Origin: a virus
Reading direction: 5' to 3' (one strand)
DNA: 64,000 bases
Virus record (IMG/VR): IMGVR_UViG_3300013093_003863
Location: 24,770-88,769 of that record
Made by a program: the position numbers and the translations under genes. Below, piece by piece: positions 38,627 to 49,228 of the stretch (positions are counted from its first letter, which is position 1; every line of letters begins with the position of its first letter). Under the pieces are notes generated by a model that was not told where the DNA came from, searched no databases, and saw nothing but the letters and a program-made list of their open reading frames with translations.

Positions 38627-38923
38627 TTAAAAACTATTGCTGACTGCGGCTCGTACCCAAGTGTTTGTGGCAATACATAGATAGATGTAACTAGAATTAT
38701 AGGCTATTTGTCCGGTGATTCCGGGTGCACTAGAACTGACCGGCACTGTGGTTGACGATATATAGGCCGAACTATTGGCCTGCAATGCCGAAATCTCAGT
38801 GGCAGCAACAGTAAAGTTTTCTTGTATGACAGTAAAATTGGTTCTAAAACCCTGTGTATCATTGTCTTGCCCGGCAATGGGGTAAGTGATATCTATATTG
38901 GTTGCATTGATGTTTGATGCCAT
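38627..38923 (-). CDS. Small virion structural protein
   Basis: PIAGQDNDTQGFRTNF N-terminus; G..GQIAY...YIYLC.ATNTW tail-fiber-type C-terminal motif. Confidence 0.6.
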   Translation of the reverse strand: MASNINATNIDITYPIAGQDNDTQGFRTNFTVIQENFTVAATEISALQANSSAYISSTTVPVSSSAPGITGQIAYNSSYIYLCIATNTWVRAAVSNSF

Positions 38924-38947
38924 TTGATCTTTACTCCTACAGTATAT

Positions 38948-41900
38948 TTATGGAAAAGCACCGTACTGCGGGAACTTTAAATATTGATCTTGTGATCCTG
39001 GGACGTAATATTGATCTCGGTCCGAGAAGAATCTAGTGGTCCCGCCATTGAATGTTGTTTGTGTGCTATTGGCCAATTGTGTGCTATTGGTTTTATACGG
39101 CACATAATAGGGAACTGTGTGTCCCAGCGTAGTATCTAGTGTGTAAATCAAAATACTTCCGTTGTAGGTTTGGCCCATGGCCACTTGTATTTTGCTGTTT
39201 AACACAACGGGTTTGACAAATATCAAATTTACCACATCGTTAACAATGTCAATTTGCCAAATACCGCCGCGTTGATTTACACTGTTGGCCAGACTGGTCA
39301 CTAGAATTGTTGGCGGAATTTGCGGATATGTGATTAATGGTGGAGTAGTAGTAAATGTAATCGACGTGTTGCCGTTTATGTTGGCCAATGTGTAATTTGC
39401 ATTGGTTATCACAGTGCCGTTGACTAACACTGTGGTTGGACTGCTTACAATATTGGCCAAGGTAAAAGTCGCAACATTTCCGTTGGCAGTAAATGATTGT
39501 AAGTTTACTCCGCTGTAGACCGATATTTGAGCCGGATTTGATGGCACAACAACATTGGCCGGCGGTGTTGTAAACAACAAAGTGGTGCCCGATATGGTAT
39601 AACTTGAATTAGATTGCAAAATTCCGTTTACATAAACATTGACTGCACCGGCATTGGCAATGCTTTGACTTATGGTATAGGATGATATTGTGTTATTGCC
39701 AGTTATTGTGGTCGAAGCTTGAGTGGATTCTAGATAGCCCGGCACAATCGAGTAGTCATCATAAGCCTCAGAACTGTAGCCTTGATCCACTCCGGTCAAA
39801 ATATCATTACCGATATAGGCATCTACATAATCTACCCAACCGTCGTATGATCCGCCATTGACAAAATTTTCTTGTTTGGCAAAAATCAAGGTCTGTCCCG
39901 ATTGATAATTTGTTACTCCGTCTATGCCACCATGATTGTTGATATAATCTACAGGTCTGCCGTTGATTTGATCAAACGGAACCGACAATGCATAATTCAC
40001 TGTGGCCACAATGGCTCCGATGTTGTTGACCGGCAAGTAGTCAAAAGTTGTTTCGTATCCGGTAATATACACATTGGCACTGGTGTCAAAATATCGACTG
40101 TAGTTGTTGTCCATGTTGTATCGATCAATGGTAAAGTCAATATTCTTGAAGTTAATGCCTGTGGCTGCAAGATTGTAAGCAATTTTTTTACTGTAACCCG
40201 GTTGTGTATAGGCCAAGACCACAGCCTTGACATAGCCCAAGGGCGGATTGAAACTGTTGCCCGAACTGCCTTCTTGGTCGCTGGTCATCCAATTGGGCAA
40301 ACTGCTCTGGTCATAATAGCCAACATTGTTTACCAATCTCGATATCATGTTGGCCGAGTTGTTGGGATAGATAACGTCGTAATTGTTACCGATAGCATCA
40401 ATATAGGGATTGGCTATCACCCCGGCAAGATTGATCTCGAGTGGAGCACCTTGTCCAGCGGAATTTTCTTCGGGATCAACAATTTCAACATAAACAACCT
40501 CGTACTTGACATTGTAGTTGTCGTCAAATACCACCGCAGTTTTAATCGAGCCAAAATTGTAGGTTTTGGTCCAATGATTGTTGAGTATGGCATTGGCATA
40601 GTTGACATATTGGGTACTGTTAAGTCCGGGCAAGAACAACATTCTTAGATTGTTAGCAACGCCAAACCAAGGATCGGTGGGTTTGTAAATGTAATCGGGA
40701 TTGAATATGATTGTATCATTCAATATTGATTGCAAGGCTGCACGTTGATTTTGTGCCGGCATTGCTGTAAGATACAAATCCACATAGGGCCTTTGATCTA
40801 TTAGATCTACAACCACTGTGAATTTTCTCAACGACGATGAAGTTCCATCAGTGGTAGCGGCTTGTACAGTAAAATTATAAGTTCTATCTAGAGTCAATGC
40901 CCCGTTATCAAATGTGGTTGCAAAATCATCTAGACTGAACAGTTCAAAACTTACACGTCCACTGATATCGCCCGATGGCAATAACGACAAGCCCTGTGGA
41001 AGTCCGGCAGGATATCCCGGAGCATCATATAAACTATAAACTAGATCTTTGCCAATTACACTGGTTGCCGTCACAGACAATTCGCTGACGCTGCCGTTAC
41101 GGATAGTGCCGAGATTGGCTGGTGTGACCCAATTCACAATATTGTTGACATCGCCCAGCACAGTCAAGTTGAAGAATTCCGGGGTGCTGGTGTAGGTATT
41201 TCCACTAATGGTCTTGGACACAACTATACCAAACGTGTAAGTCTGTTCTGAAGTGGATTGACTGTTCAATTTTCCGTACAACCATCCGGTTGTGCTGTCC
41301 AGTGTCAGTCCCGGCAAGTTGGCCGGTGATGTATTTCCCGACGAAAAACTGTCAAAGCCAATATAGTCAAAACCTTGATCGGTACCAGAAACAAAAGTAT
41401 CAAATGTTCCAGCTTCGTTGGCCAAACTGTACGTGATAGTGTCACCGGAAAAATCTAGACCTTGAAATTTATAAGCATAATAACTGTCTTGTCTAGCAGT
41501 TGGTATAGCTCCGGGAGTGTTTAAAAGAATAGGAGTGTATACACCGTTGTAGGACTGTACCGAAATGGTATAGGACTGCAAATCATAATTGGCACCATCA
41601 TAAGCCTGCACAGTAAAACTATAACTCAAGGATTGTGTTGCAGTATTGCCAAAATCGTATGCATCGCCGGGATGATCGTATTCTTGTTGATATATGATAG
41701 CACCACTAGCGGGATCGGTCACAATCGTGTTGTATCCCGATATTGATGAAGCATTGGCTTGCGGAATTGGATAAATGTAACCGCTGATGACACCGGTATT
41801 GGCGTCCAGTGTAACCCCATCGGGCAATGCCCCCGATTCAATACTCCACTGTACTTGAACCAATGGGCTGAGTTCGGTCACTGTGAGTTGTTGATAAAAA

Positions 41901-42568
41901 TAACTGCCGTCGTAATAGGTTTCCAACGAAGTCACTGCGGGTTCAATAACCGGGCCATTGACATCGGTGATGCTGATACTGAACGATCTATCATTTACAA
42001 TTCCACTTGAATCTTGGGCACGTACTGTAAACGAATAAGTCTTGGTTTGATCAACCACAGTTGATGTAGTAAAAGTTGGTACGCCTTGCAGATATCCTGC
42101 CTTGGCTATTTCCATGCCCGCCGGCAATTCGCCCGACAACAGAGTATAAGTTACTGCACTATTGTCTGTGGTTTGCGTCTGTAACGGAATTTGATAATAT
42201 TCGTTGTTGGGCACTGTGCCCAAACTGCCACTGGCCGTTACCCAAGAAATTTTATTTGTAATTGAATTGACAATGTTTATTGTAAATGTACCATCTAGTA
42301 CGTAACCATTTTGGCTGTTTGCACGAACTGTAAACGAATAGGGTACTCGTAATTGACTATTAGTTGAGTAAATAGATGTTGGAGTTCCGCTGATGACGCC
42401 GCTGGAATTACAAGTCAATCCCTGCGGCAGTGCTCCACTAATGATGGAAAAAGTAATTGGTGCCCCGTTATTGGCCGAATCGTATGCCAACAATTGGTAG
42501 GATATGGGTAATTGGCTGGCAAAATTGGCTATAGTGCCCGGAGTAGTAATCCAACTTAGATTTGACAT
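38948..42568 (-). CDS. Large baseplate/tail protein with Ig-like repeats
   Basis: 1206 aa; repeated SGALP.GL.L...G.ISG.P...YSFTVRA units. Confidence 0.7.
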   Translation of the reverse strand: MSNLSWITTPGTIANFASQLPISYQLLAYDSANNGAPITFSIISGALPQGLTCNSSGVISGTPTSIYSTNSQLRVPYSFTVRANSQNGYVLDGTFTINIVNSITNKISWVTASGSLGTVPNNEYYQIPLQTQTTDNSAVTYTLLSGELPAGMEIAKAGYLQGVPTFTTSTVVDQTKTYSFTVRAQDSSGIVNDRSFSISITDVNGPVIEPAVTSLETYYDGSYFYQQLTVTELSPLVQVQWSIESGALPDGVTLDANTGVISGYIYPIPQANASSISGYNTIVTDPASGAIIYQQEYDHPGDAYDFGNTATQSLSYSFTVQAYDGANYDLQSYTISVQSYNGVYTPILLNTPGAIPTARQDSYYAYKFQGLDFSGDTITYSLANEAGTFDTFVSGTDQGFDYIGFDSFSSGNTSPANLPGLTLDSTTGWLYGKLNSQSTSEQTYTFGIVVSKTISGNTYTSTPEFFNLTVLGDVNNIVNWVTPANLGTIRNGSVSELSVTATSVIGKDLVYSLYDAPGYPAGLPQGLSLLPSGDISGRVSFELFSLDDFATTFDNGALTLDRTYNFTVQAATTDGTSSSLRKFTVVVDLIDQRPYVDLYLTAMPAQNQRAALQSILNDTIIFNPDYIYKPTDPWFGVANNLRMLFLPGLNSTQYVNYANAILNNHWTKTYNFGSIKTAVVFDDNYNVKYEVVYVEIVDPEENSAGQGAPLEINLAGVIANPYIDAIGNNYDVIYPNNSANMISRLVNNVGYYDQSSLPNWMTSDQEGSSGNSFNPPLGYVKAVVLAYTQPGYSKKIAYNLAATGINFKNIDFTIDRYNMDNNYSRYFDTSANVYITGYETTFDYLPVNNIGAIVATVNYALSVPFDQINGRPVDYINNHGGIDGVTNYQSGQTLIFAKQENFVNGGSYDGWVDYVDAYIGNDILTGVDQGYSSEAYDDYSIVPGYLESTQASTTITGNNTISSYTISQSIANAGAVNVYVNGILQSNSSYTISGTTLLFTTPPANVVVPSNPAQISVYSGVNLQSFTANGNVATFTLANIVSSPTTVLVNGTVITNANYTLANINGNTSITFTTTPPLITYPQIPPTILVTSLANSVNQRGGIWQIDIVNDVVNLIFVKPVVLNSKIQVAMGQTYNGSILIYTLDTTLGHTVPYYVPYKTNSTQLANSTQTTFNGGTTRFFSDRDQYYVPGSQDQYLKFPQYGAFP

Positions 42569-42662
42569 GTATAATCGTTTCTCGTAGTGTTGGATCGGGC
42601 CAAGGCCTTAATCCAAATCCTTATATAGCTTATTTAGCGGATTTGAATAAAGCGGGTCTGGG

Positions 42663-42989
42663 CTAATTGATAGAGAAACTGCTGCCGCAACCGCAAGTGG
42701 TTTGGGCGTTGGGATTTTTGATTGAGAAATTGCTGCCCATTAAATCGTCTCGATAGTCGATTTCGGCACCGGTCAAATACTGCATGCTCATTGCATCAAC
42801 CAAGACTTGTACTCCTGATTCGTCTAGAGCAAAATCATCTTCGTTTTGTTCTTCATCGAGAGTAAAGCCATAACTCATGCCCGAACATCCGCCGCCCTGT
42901 ACAAATATGCGTAGTTTAAGGTCGGGATTGTTTTCTTCGGCAAGAATATCTCGTAGTTTTATAGTAGCGTTTTCGGTAATTGTAATCAT
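42663..42989 (-). CDS. erpA: A-type Fe-S cluster carrier (ErpA/IscA, HesB family)
   Basis: [31 protein letters not shown]. Confidence 0.92.
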   Translation of the reverse strand: MITITENATIKLRDILAEENNPDLKLRIFVQGGGCSGMSYGFTLDEEQNEDDFALDESGVQVLVDAMSMQYLTGAEIDYRDDLMGSNFSIKNPNAQTTCGCGSSFSIN

Positions 42990-43531
42990 AATCTTCTATT
43001 AATTGCGTCCCAGTCCATGATACGCCAGATGTTGTCTAGGTACTTGGCCTTGTCGGTGTGATAGTCCAAGGTCCAAGCATGTTCCCACCAATCCACTAAC
43101 AAGGCAATGTCGGTGCGTTTGGCGTGATTGCGAATGGTTTTGATCTGTCCCGATTTGCTGAGATAAATCCAATTGGATCCCTGCAACTTCATGGCTTCGG
43201 TTTTGAATGCTTCCTTGAAGTCATTGAAGTTTTTGTGATTGCGTTCGATCAGGTTCAAAATAGTTCCGTGCGGCTTGCGGGCCCCGGGACTGCGAAATTG
43301 TGCAAACCAAATGCTGTGTAAAAATGCTCCGGCTTCGTTAAAACCGGGATCGCCTTCGCCCCGGTTGTAGCGATCCACATAGCCTTTGTACAGTTTGCCA
43401 AAGTGCAAATCCACTGTGGCCCCACTCATGACCGGAGCAAGTGCGGTTCTACTGTAGGGCAATTTTATTTGCTCCAAGGTCTGTTTGTTTTTGGCTTCTA
43501 GTAATTCTATGGTGTGTCTAATGTCGTTCAT
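42986..43531 (-). CDS. sod: Fe/Mn superoxide dismutase
   Basis: [32 protein letters not shown] with four metal ligands; metal specificity not determined. Confidence 0.88.
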   Translation of the reverse strand: MNDIRHTIELLEAKNKQTLEQIKLPYSRTALAPVMSGATVDLHFGKLYKGYVDRYNRGEGDPGFNEAGAFLHSIWFAQFRSPGARKPHGTILNLIERNHKNFNDFKEAFKTEAMKLQGSNWIYLSKSGQIKTIRNHAKRTDIALLVDWWEHAWTLDYHTDKAKYLDNIWRIMDWDAINRRL

Positions 43532-43534
43532 ACA

Positions 43535-43753
43535 TTATTTATTGCGATACACTACACGTCCGCGATTCATGTCGTATGGTGACATTTCAACTTCCACACT
43601 GTCGCCTAATAATATACGTATATTATTCTGTCGCAGTTTGCCACCGATAGTGGCCATGACCCGGTGTTGATTTTCCAACACAATTCTAAACATGGCATTG
43701 GGAAGGACTTCCTCGACTCGACCGGCCATTCTAATTAAATCTTCTTTGCTCAA
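43535..43753 (-). CDS. infA: Translation initiation factor IF-1
   Basis: SKEDLI...[15 protein letters not shown]...[31 protein letters not shown]. Confidence 0.95.
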   Translation of the reverse strand: MSKEDLIRMAGRVEEVLPNAMFRIVLENQHRVMATIGGKLRQNNIRILLGDSVEVEMSPYDMNRGRVVYRNK

Positions 43754-43780
43754 CGGTTGGTTTACTCCTAATAATTCTAT

Positions 43781-44293
43781 TTACTGTTTACTTAGTGCCA
43801 TTTCTTCAAATGTGTCATATTTGTATTGCCACATATAGTTGTCCAATCGGGGCTCAAAACTGTCTCGATCAAACGGAATAGAATGTTGTTTCAAGTGTAC
43901 CGGAAAACTAAAGAAATAGAATTTTTCTTTGTTTTCTTCGTACACACAGGCAAACACGTGCTCTTTATTTTGACATCCCGATATCAAGGCCGAATATTGA
44001 GGATTTTTTGCAGTGCCATTTTTTCGAACCACGCTGAATTTGGCATCTACATTGTTGCTATAATCACTGCCCGCACCCAGTGTTATCTCTAGGTTTTTGT
44101 TCACTGTGGCAATTGCGATCTCTAACAAATCATCATATTTGAGATATTTAAGATCGCTTTTGCTCCAAGGAAAATCCGGTTCCGAGTGTTGTAGGATTCG
44201 ATCTATTAGAAATTTTACAATTTGTCTATTTTGTGCAATACGTTTTGTGTACCAAGGAGCTCGATATCGAACTTCGGTGAGCATTTGCGACAT
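43781..44293 (-). CDS. Hypothetical protein (possible PD-(D/E)xK-like nuclease)
   Basis: 170 aa; E...SD...DAK spacing is only suggestive. Confidence 0.4.
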   Translation of the reverse strand: MSQMLTEVRYRAPWYTKRIAQNRQIVKFLIDRILQHSEPDFPWSKSDLKYLKYDDLLEIAIATVNKNLEITLGAGSDYSNNVDAKFSVVRKNGTAKNPQYSALISGCQNKEHVFACVYEENKEKFYFFSFPVHLKQHSIPFDRDSFEPRLDNYMWQYKYDTFEEMALSKQ

Positions 44294-44296
44294 AAA

Positions 44297-44692
44297 TTAT
44301 CTCCTCATTCTACTGATGTCAACTGCCTGCTCGTCACTGAACACAGGTACGGCATTGCTCTTGTGCATGGTGCCAATGCCCAATATTTTAGTGCCAGTGT
44401 ATTGTGGTATTTCTTTTGAGCGTACTGCACCCGAGTGGCCTGTATCGAGACTGGCAATTTCGTGTCCGGTACTGCGTCCCGCAGGTGTGGACAATTTGTA
44501 ATTCAATGCCGGAGCCCGCATGGCACGACTTTGGCGTTTTGCTTCTAATTCGGCACCTTGACGCTTGAGCAATTCTCGCCATTCCTGTTCTAAACGTTCG
44601 TGCTCACGCTTTTGTTCTGCTGATTTAAATTTCATTTTGCCTTTGCATTTGCCATTTAAACTTAGTGCAGGATGATGAAGATGCATGGTCAT
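44297..44692 (-). CDS. Hypothetical phage protein
   Basis: C-terminal YTG..ILGIGTMHKSNAVPVFS...AVDISRMRR motif. Confidence 0.6.
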   Translation of the reverse strand: MTMHLHHPALSLNGKCKGKMKFKSAEQKREHERLEQEWRELLKRQGAELEAKRQSRAMRAPALNYKLSTPAGRSTGHEIASLDTGHSGAVRSKEIPQYTGTKILGIGTMHKSNAVPVFSDEQAVDISRMRR

Positions 44693-44729
44693 AAAGTCAC
44701 CTATATTAGTACGTCAGAAGTTAATTATA

Positions 44730-45101
44730 TTACATTTCTTCATCAAAGTCAACCGGCACCACATTAACCTGTTGCATTTTTGCAACACTGTTTCTAATTA
44801 CAGTACTTAGGTTTAGAGCCGCTTGTTTACTGAGAATTAGGGTACTTTCTTGCCTTACATACCCACGTGTTAACATGGTCCAAATTTGACACCAACGACT
44901 GATACTGTACCAAGGGCTTACTGTTTCTACATAAAATGTCACTGTGACGTTTTGCAGTTCCCGATCATGCTCGTCGCCAACCTCAATCCACATCTGCGGA
45001 AAGTGATCGGTGTCGCCACATTCACAAGCAATGGTGTAGACCCGAGCTGTGTCCCAATTGCGATTTAACATAATTCCTTGTGCAGGTGTTTGAGGTTTCA
45101 T
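44730..45101 (-). CDS. Hypothetical protein
   Basis: 123 aa from MKPQTP; CECG..DH motif. Confidence 0.55.
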   Translation of the reverse strand: MKPQTPAQGIMLNRNWDTARVYTIACECGDTDHFPQMWIEVGDEHDRELQNVTVTFYVETVSPWYSISRWCQIWTMLTRGYVRQESTLILSKQAALNLSTVIRNSVAKMQQVNVVPVDFDEEM

Positions 45102-45202
45102 CTTGAATATCCTATAGTGGTATGATTGAAATATTTTGGGGGTAAGTTTTGGTAAGCCATTAGTGCCACAATGCTTAAAAATATCAGTAGTTCTCGAGTC
45201 AT
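45098..45202 (-). CDS. Possible 34-aa membrane peptide (absent from ORF track)
   Basis: MTRELLIFLSIVALMAYQ..., ATGA overlap at both ends. Confidence 0.35.
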   Translation of the reverse strand: MTRELLIFLSIVALMAYQNLPPKYFNHTTIGYSR

Positions 45203-45594
45203 TTATCAATTACTTTTTCTGCTAACATTTTGCCAATCTCATCGGGATCTTTAATTTCCTGCATTTTAAAGTCAGGTCCGGCCATGTAGTGTCGTTCACC
45301 CACAATAAAAATATGATCACGCCAACGTGCTTTGAGTGCTGCAATCAGCTCGTCGTCGTTGCGACCCTGTGCAATGAACTTATTAGTTTCTTCCTCAAAG
45401 AAATAAATAACATCACCATGTTTCTCGCTTTTGACTGCATGTATAATGGAACTTAAATATTTCTTTACATTGTCTCCGGTTTCATTTACATCTTTCATGA
45501 CCTCAAAAAACCCAAGTATAAACCTTGTTAGTTTGTAGACTGCATAAAATATCAAGGCTTGGCCACAGGCCGTTACAAATTCATTAAACTCCAT
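45199..45594 (-). CDS. Hypothetical protein
   Basis: 131 aa; GGAG SD. Confidence 0.55.
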   Translation of the reverse strand: MEFNEFVTACGQALIFYAVYKLTRFILGFFEVMKDVNETGDNVKKYLSSIIHAVKSEKHGDVIYFFEEETNKFIAQGRNDDELIAALKARWRDHIFIVGERHYMAGPDFKMQEIKDPDEIGKMLAEKVIDK

Positions 45595-45603
45595 CTTCGC
45601 TCC

Positions 45604-46452
45604 TTAAATGTCAAAACCAATTGTGGGATCAAACTCGTCTGCTCGCTCTTCGTAATATTTATAGCCTCGGGGATTACAAATAATTCGTGTTGAACCAATG
45701 GTATAATCAAACGGATCATGTGTATGTCCATGTGTCCATACCTGGATTTCGGGATGATCTAAAATAAATTCGCTTAGGTCACTGCTGTAAGCACCATTCA
45801 TTAACACATCTTTTTCATACTTGGGCTTGATGCTTAACTTGCTGGGACTGTGATGTGTCACTACCACAACCGGCAGTGCACCGCCTTCACGAGCACGATT
45901 TTCTGCAAGAGCAGTGGCAAAATACTTCATGGTCTGTAAATGTTCTTGCACAGTATATTCGGGTTGCAGTCTATGATAAGCATCTCGTTCTTTATTGTAC
46001 ATAGTGATTTGACGATAATCATTCATAGCCCCCTGCATATGGTACAGGGTCAGTGCATCTTGTCGATTCATGTCGGTCCACAATGTTGCACCCAAAAATA
46101 GCACACCATCCAGCACCATGCTTTCTTTTTCGAGTAAGTGCACATTGGGGGGCAATTGACTTTTGATATGATCATAAGTTTTATGAAACACAGATCTATA
46201 GAATTCGTGATTACCCATGACCATTATAACCTTGCGATACTTGCGACTGCACTCTTCCAAGACGAATCTATAGAATCTGTCGGGCCGCTTGTCCTCTTGC
46301 TCGTGTGCTAACAACACCATTTCGGGATTGTAGTTTTCTTTCTTGAAACTTCTAGCTTCGAATATATCGCCGGATAGGATTAACACATCACCCCCGGGCA
46401 GGGTCAAATCTGCAAAATCAATGTGCAGGTCGCTGATTACATTTACTCTCAT
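45604..46452 (-). CDS. Calcineurin-like metallophosphoesterase
   Basis: SDLH, GDI, GNHE, THH.P, HGHTH, NPRGY. Confidence 0.9.
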   Translation of the reverse strand: MRVNVISDLHIDFADLTLPGGDVLILSGDIFEARSFKKENYNPEMVLLAHEQEDKRPDRFYRFVLEECSRKYRKVIMVMGNHEFYRSVFHKTYDHIKSQLPPNVHLLEKESMVLDGVLFLGATLWTDMNRQDALTLYHMQGAMNDYRQITMYNKERDAYHRLQPEYTVQEHLQTMKYFATALAENRAREGGALPVVVVTHHSPSKLSIKPKYEKDVLMNGAYSSDLSEFILDHPEIQVWTHGHTHDPFDYTIGSTRIICNPRGYKYYEERADEFDPTIGFDI

Positions 46453-46453
46453 A

Positions 46454-47029
46454 CTAATCCCACATTCCTCTATAATATTTGGCAAACAATCTTAGTCCAT
46501 TTGCAATGCGATCTTCGACTTCCTGATAACCTTCTCGGTCAAATCCCTTGTCGGTGTGAAACTTATCCTCCCAATCGTTGTCAGGATGCAAGTGTTCAAA
46601 GGTCCAAATCATTTCACTTAGTATCCAGGACCAACGTTCATGTACTGTACTGTCTGTGTATCCGTTCTTGGGGTTGGCTTCTTCTGAAGGCCACAACTCT
46701 TCGGGACAATCTTCGGGATCGGTTAATGGACTGCCGTGTTTGTCCATTTGAAGTTGTTTCAACATGGGCAAAATAATTATGGCCAGGGTTGCGTCCATGC
46801 TCCAAGTATCATAATGGTCAATTTTGACATATTTGATCTTAGGATGCACACAATCCAAAATCCATTTTATGCCTCGGCTAATAAATTCAATTCGATCTGT
46901 CCAACGCTCAACCCATTCGGGGTATGGGGGACCGTCTTCTCGTGCCCAGTCACACCAAAAGAATATCCGTTCCATAATCGTGTAAGGTGAAATCCAATGA
47001 TTACGATAGTTAGAAATGTAGATACGCAT
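46454..47029 (-). CDS. Hypothetical phage protein
   Basis: 191 aa; YDTWSMD.TLA.II.PML, GL.LF.KYY..MWD. Confidence 0.6.
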   Translation of the reverse strand: MRIYISNYRNHWISPYTIMERIFFWCDWAREDGPPYPEWVERWTDRIEFISRGIKWILDCVHPKIKYVKIDHYDTWSMDATLAIIILPMLKQLQMDKHGSPLTDPEDCPEELWPSEEANPKNGYTDSTVHERWSWILSEMIWTFEHLHPDNDWEDKFHTDKGFDREGYQEVEDRIANGLRLFAKYYRGMWD

Positions 47030-47826
47030 TATGGTTTACTCTTACAATTATTAAAATGCCATTGATTCATTTGTGGTGCTCCGCCTTCTTTACCGCAATG
47101 CGGGCATTGTAGTTTGGGCTTTGGTTTTCCGGTCATTGACTTACTTCTTTTTTCATTTGCTTCCGTGGTAGTTGCATTCAGGCTCCAAGTTATTTTTCTG
47201 CCTTTTAACGCATCTCTTTTTTTCTGTTTTGTTTCTTCCGAATCCTTCTTTCCCAATCTAGCCAATCTATTCTTAACTCGTTGCTCTTCAGTCCTTACCT
47301 TACCTCTATTTGCATCTGCAATTTTTTGAATATGCTCTTTAGTTTTTGGTTTTCTTAGTTTTTCTTTATGCTCTTCTGACAGAAGTTTGCCTTTATTGGC
47401 ATGACTGATTTTTCTTTTTGTTGATTCTGAAACAATTCTACCAGTACGTTGTTCTTTCCATAATTTTCGAGTACTATCGGAAACTTTATGTCCTTTTAGT
47501 GAGTTACTAATTTTTGACTTTGTTTCGTCATCACGCGGTCCTCTGATTATATTGGCCTTTGCTAACCCTTCTCGTATATTTTTTCTGGCCTCATCAGTAT
47601 GTTTCCTACCAGTCCAAGTCCTACGAGTCGCTTCTCTCCTTGCTTCATCTGTAGTTATTTGTCCGGATAATGCCTTCCATGCAACTAAATCTTGCCATCT
47701 ACCGTCTTCTTCGTACAATTTACGATGTGCTTCAGCATGTTCTTCAACGGTTAACTCAATTAAATTTTCTGGATCATCAGTGCCACCTGCATGTTTTGGT
47801 ATAATATGATGCTTGTGCTTTCCCAT
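47029..47826 (-). mobile_element. Free-standing HNH homing endonuclease with NUMOD3 repeats
   Basis: HHIIPKHAGG.D..NL..LT.EEH..AH; repeated G.K.S.ETK.KIS units; C-terminal CPHC; AT-rich relative to neighbours. Confidence 0.85.
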
Positions 47827-47895
47827 TTTTAAATACTCCTAGTAGAGTATTTAGTCCGATATATAAACTTTCATATCTATATTATAGCACCTTTT

Positions 47896-48099
47896 TCATT
47901 TCTCGTCAACTCGATCCAGTACCCTGCGAGCATATTTACTTATGCCGCCGCCGTGATCCATTCGCTCAACATCTTCTAATGCTAGTCTAAGTCGAGCATT
48001 TTCCTCTTGTAAACCGTAAACTCGATTACGCAAATTGGCAGCATCGATCCACGATCCAATTGCAGATATCAATTTGGCAACAACATAGCCCCAATTCAT
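47896..48099 (-). CDS. Hypothetical protein
   Basis: 67 aa, ATGA-coupled. Confidence 0.5.
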   Translation of the reverse strand: MNWGYVVAKLISAIGSWIDAANLRNRVYGLQEENARLRLALEDVERMDHGGGISKYARRVLDRVDEK

Positions 48100-48362
48100 T
48101 GGGCGTACTTTAATAAAAACATCATGTACTTCGGCTCGTCCACAATCCTAACCTCAGGCTTGATTGTGTCTATCTCCTCGTTGGACCACTGTAATTCAAT
48201 TCCATAGGTTTCGCAAAACCATTGATGCATTGACCGCGAAGTTTTACAATGTTCCCGGCCTTCACCATCTCGGCATTTCCGCATTGCGGCCCAAAAACCT
48301 GCACTGCCCATGACTGTGTCCAGTCTGCGTTCGTGATCACGGTATAGGTCGTTTATTGCCAT
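48096..48362 (-). CDS. Small array paralog
   Basis: ends MFLLKYAQ. Confidence 0.6.
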   Translation of the reverse strand: MAINDLYRDHERRLDTVMGSAGFWAAMRKCRDGEGREHCKTSRSMHQWFCETYGIELQWSNEEIDTIKPEVRIVDEPKYMMFLLKYAQ

Positions 48363-48580
48363 CGTAATACAAATAATGTTAACGCTTCTTCGCTGGGAAA
48401 TTTAATTATCATACCCGGCATGAAACATTTGTGTGTTTTTACCCACGCACCAATCTCGTGCTCATTTTCATTGTACCATATATAGTTGGTTACCCACACG
48501 CATTTGGGTACGTACAGGTTCTTTTGTCCATAGTCATTGTAATCGTCAACAACAATAAACTTTTCTACAGGTGGCATCAT
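48353..48580 (-). CDS. Small array paralog
   Basis: ends LFVLRWQ. Confidence 0.65.
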   Translation of the reverse strand: MMPPVEKFIVVDDYNDYGQKNLYVPKCVWVTNYIWYNENEHEIGAWVKTHKCFMPGMIIKFPSEEALTLFVLRWQ

Positions 48581-48795
48581 AGGTAAGTCAAGGCAAACAC
48601 AGTGGCAATCTCTTCACGATAAAATGTAAACACAGTTTCTGGCGGAATTTCGCCCGTCATGTCGTCCCAACGTCGTTGACGAAATGCAAAGTCAAAATCT
48701 TGACCCTGTCGCCAGCCTCGTGCTCGTAGCTCTTCTACCAGAGCCAATATTGGACCTGCTTCCTGATTGGTTACAGTGATTTGGATCAACTCCAC
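48577..48795 (-). CDS. Small array paralog
   Basis: ends VFALTYL. Confidence 0.6.
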   Translation of the reverse strand: MELIQITVTNQEAGPILALVEELRARGWRQGQDFDFAFRQRRWDDMTGEIPPETVFTFYREEIATVFALTYL

Positions 48796-49007
48796 CTCAG
48801 TGCAAAAAAGGTTGCCGTTTGATCATCTTTAAAGTAAAAATCTGTTCGATCGGACAAGTATACCACATTCCATTTATCTTTAAATACGCCTAGGTTTTCC
48901 CCAAGCCACCATTCTATCTCATCGATTCGTTTGTCATGTTCGTAATGGCTGTGGTATACCTTGACAGTAACCTTAAAGGGCCAAAGTTCTTTTTTAAGTT
49001 GTCTCAT
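48786..49007 (-). CDS. Small array paralog
   Basis: ends FFALRWS; ATGA start. Confidence 0.65.
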   Translation of the reverse strand: MRQLKKELWPFKVTVKVYHSHYEHDKRIDEIEWWLGENLGVFKDKWNVVYLSDRTDFYFKDDQTATFFALRWS

Positions 49008-49228
49008 GACCACCTCAGTAAAAAGAACGCCAAGTCCTCTTCGTTCTTGATATAAACAACGGTACTGATAATATCATTCCAAGTAGAGCATTTGAAGCCG
49101 GTTTGGTCAATCCAGGATATCAATTTAATCCGTTCCATCTTTTTCATGGCTGGAATCTCAACACGGTATTGATACCCGTCCAATTGGTAAGGGCCAGCAG
49201 TGCTGGGTATTCGATCTATCTGCATCAT
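49004..49228 (-). CDS. Small array paralog
   Basis: ends FFLLRWS; ATGA start. Confidence 0.65.
   Translation of the reverse strand: MMQIDRIPSTAGPYQLDGYQYRVEIPAMKKMERIKLISWIDQTGFKCSTWNDIISTVVYIKNEEDLAFFLLRWS

Noticed and set aside
39872-40648. 258-aa plus-strand ORF and many other antisense ORFs in the track
   Set aside because: They are shadows of well-supported minus-strand genes, with no motifs or translation signals.
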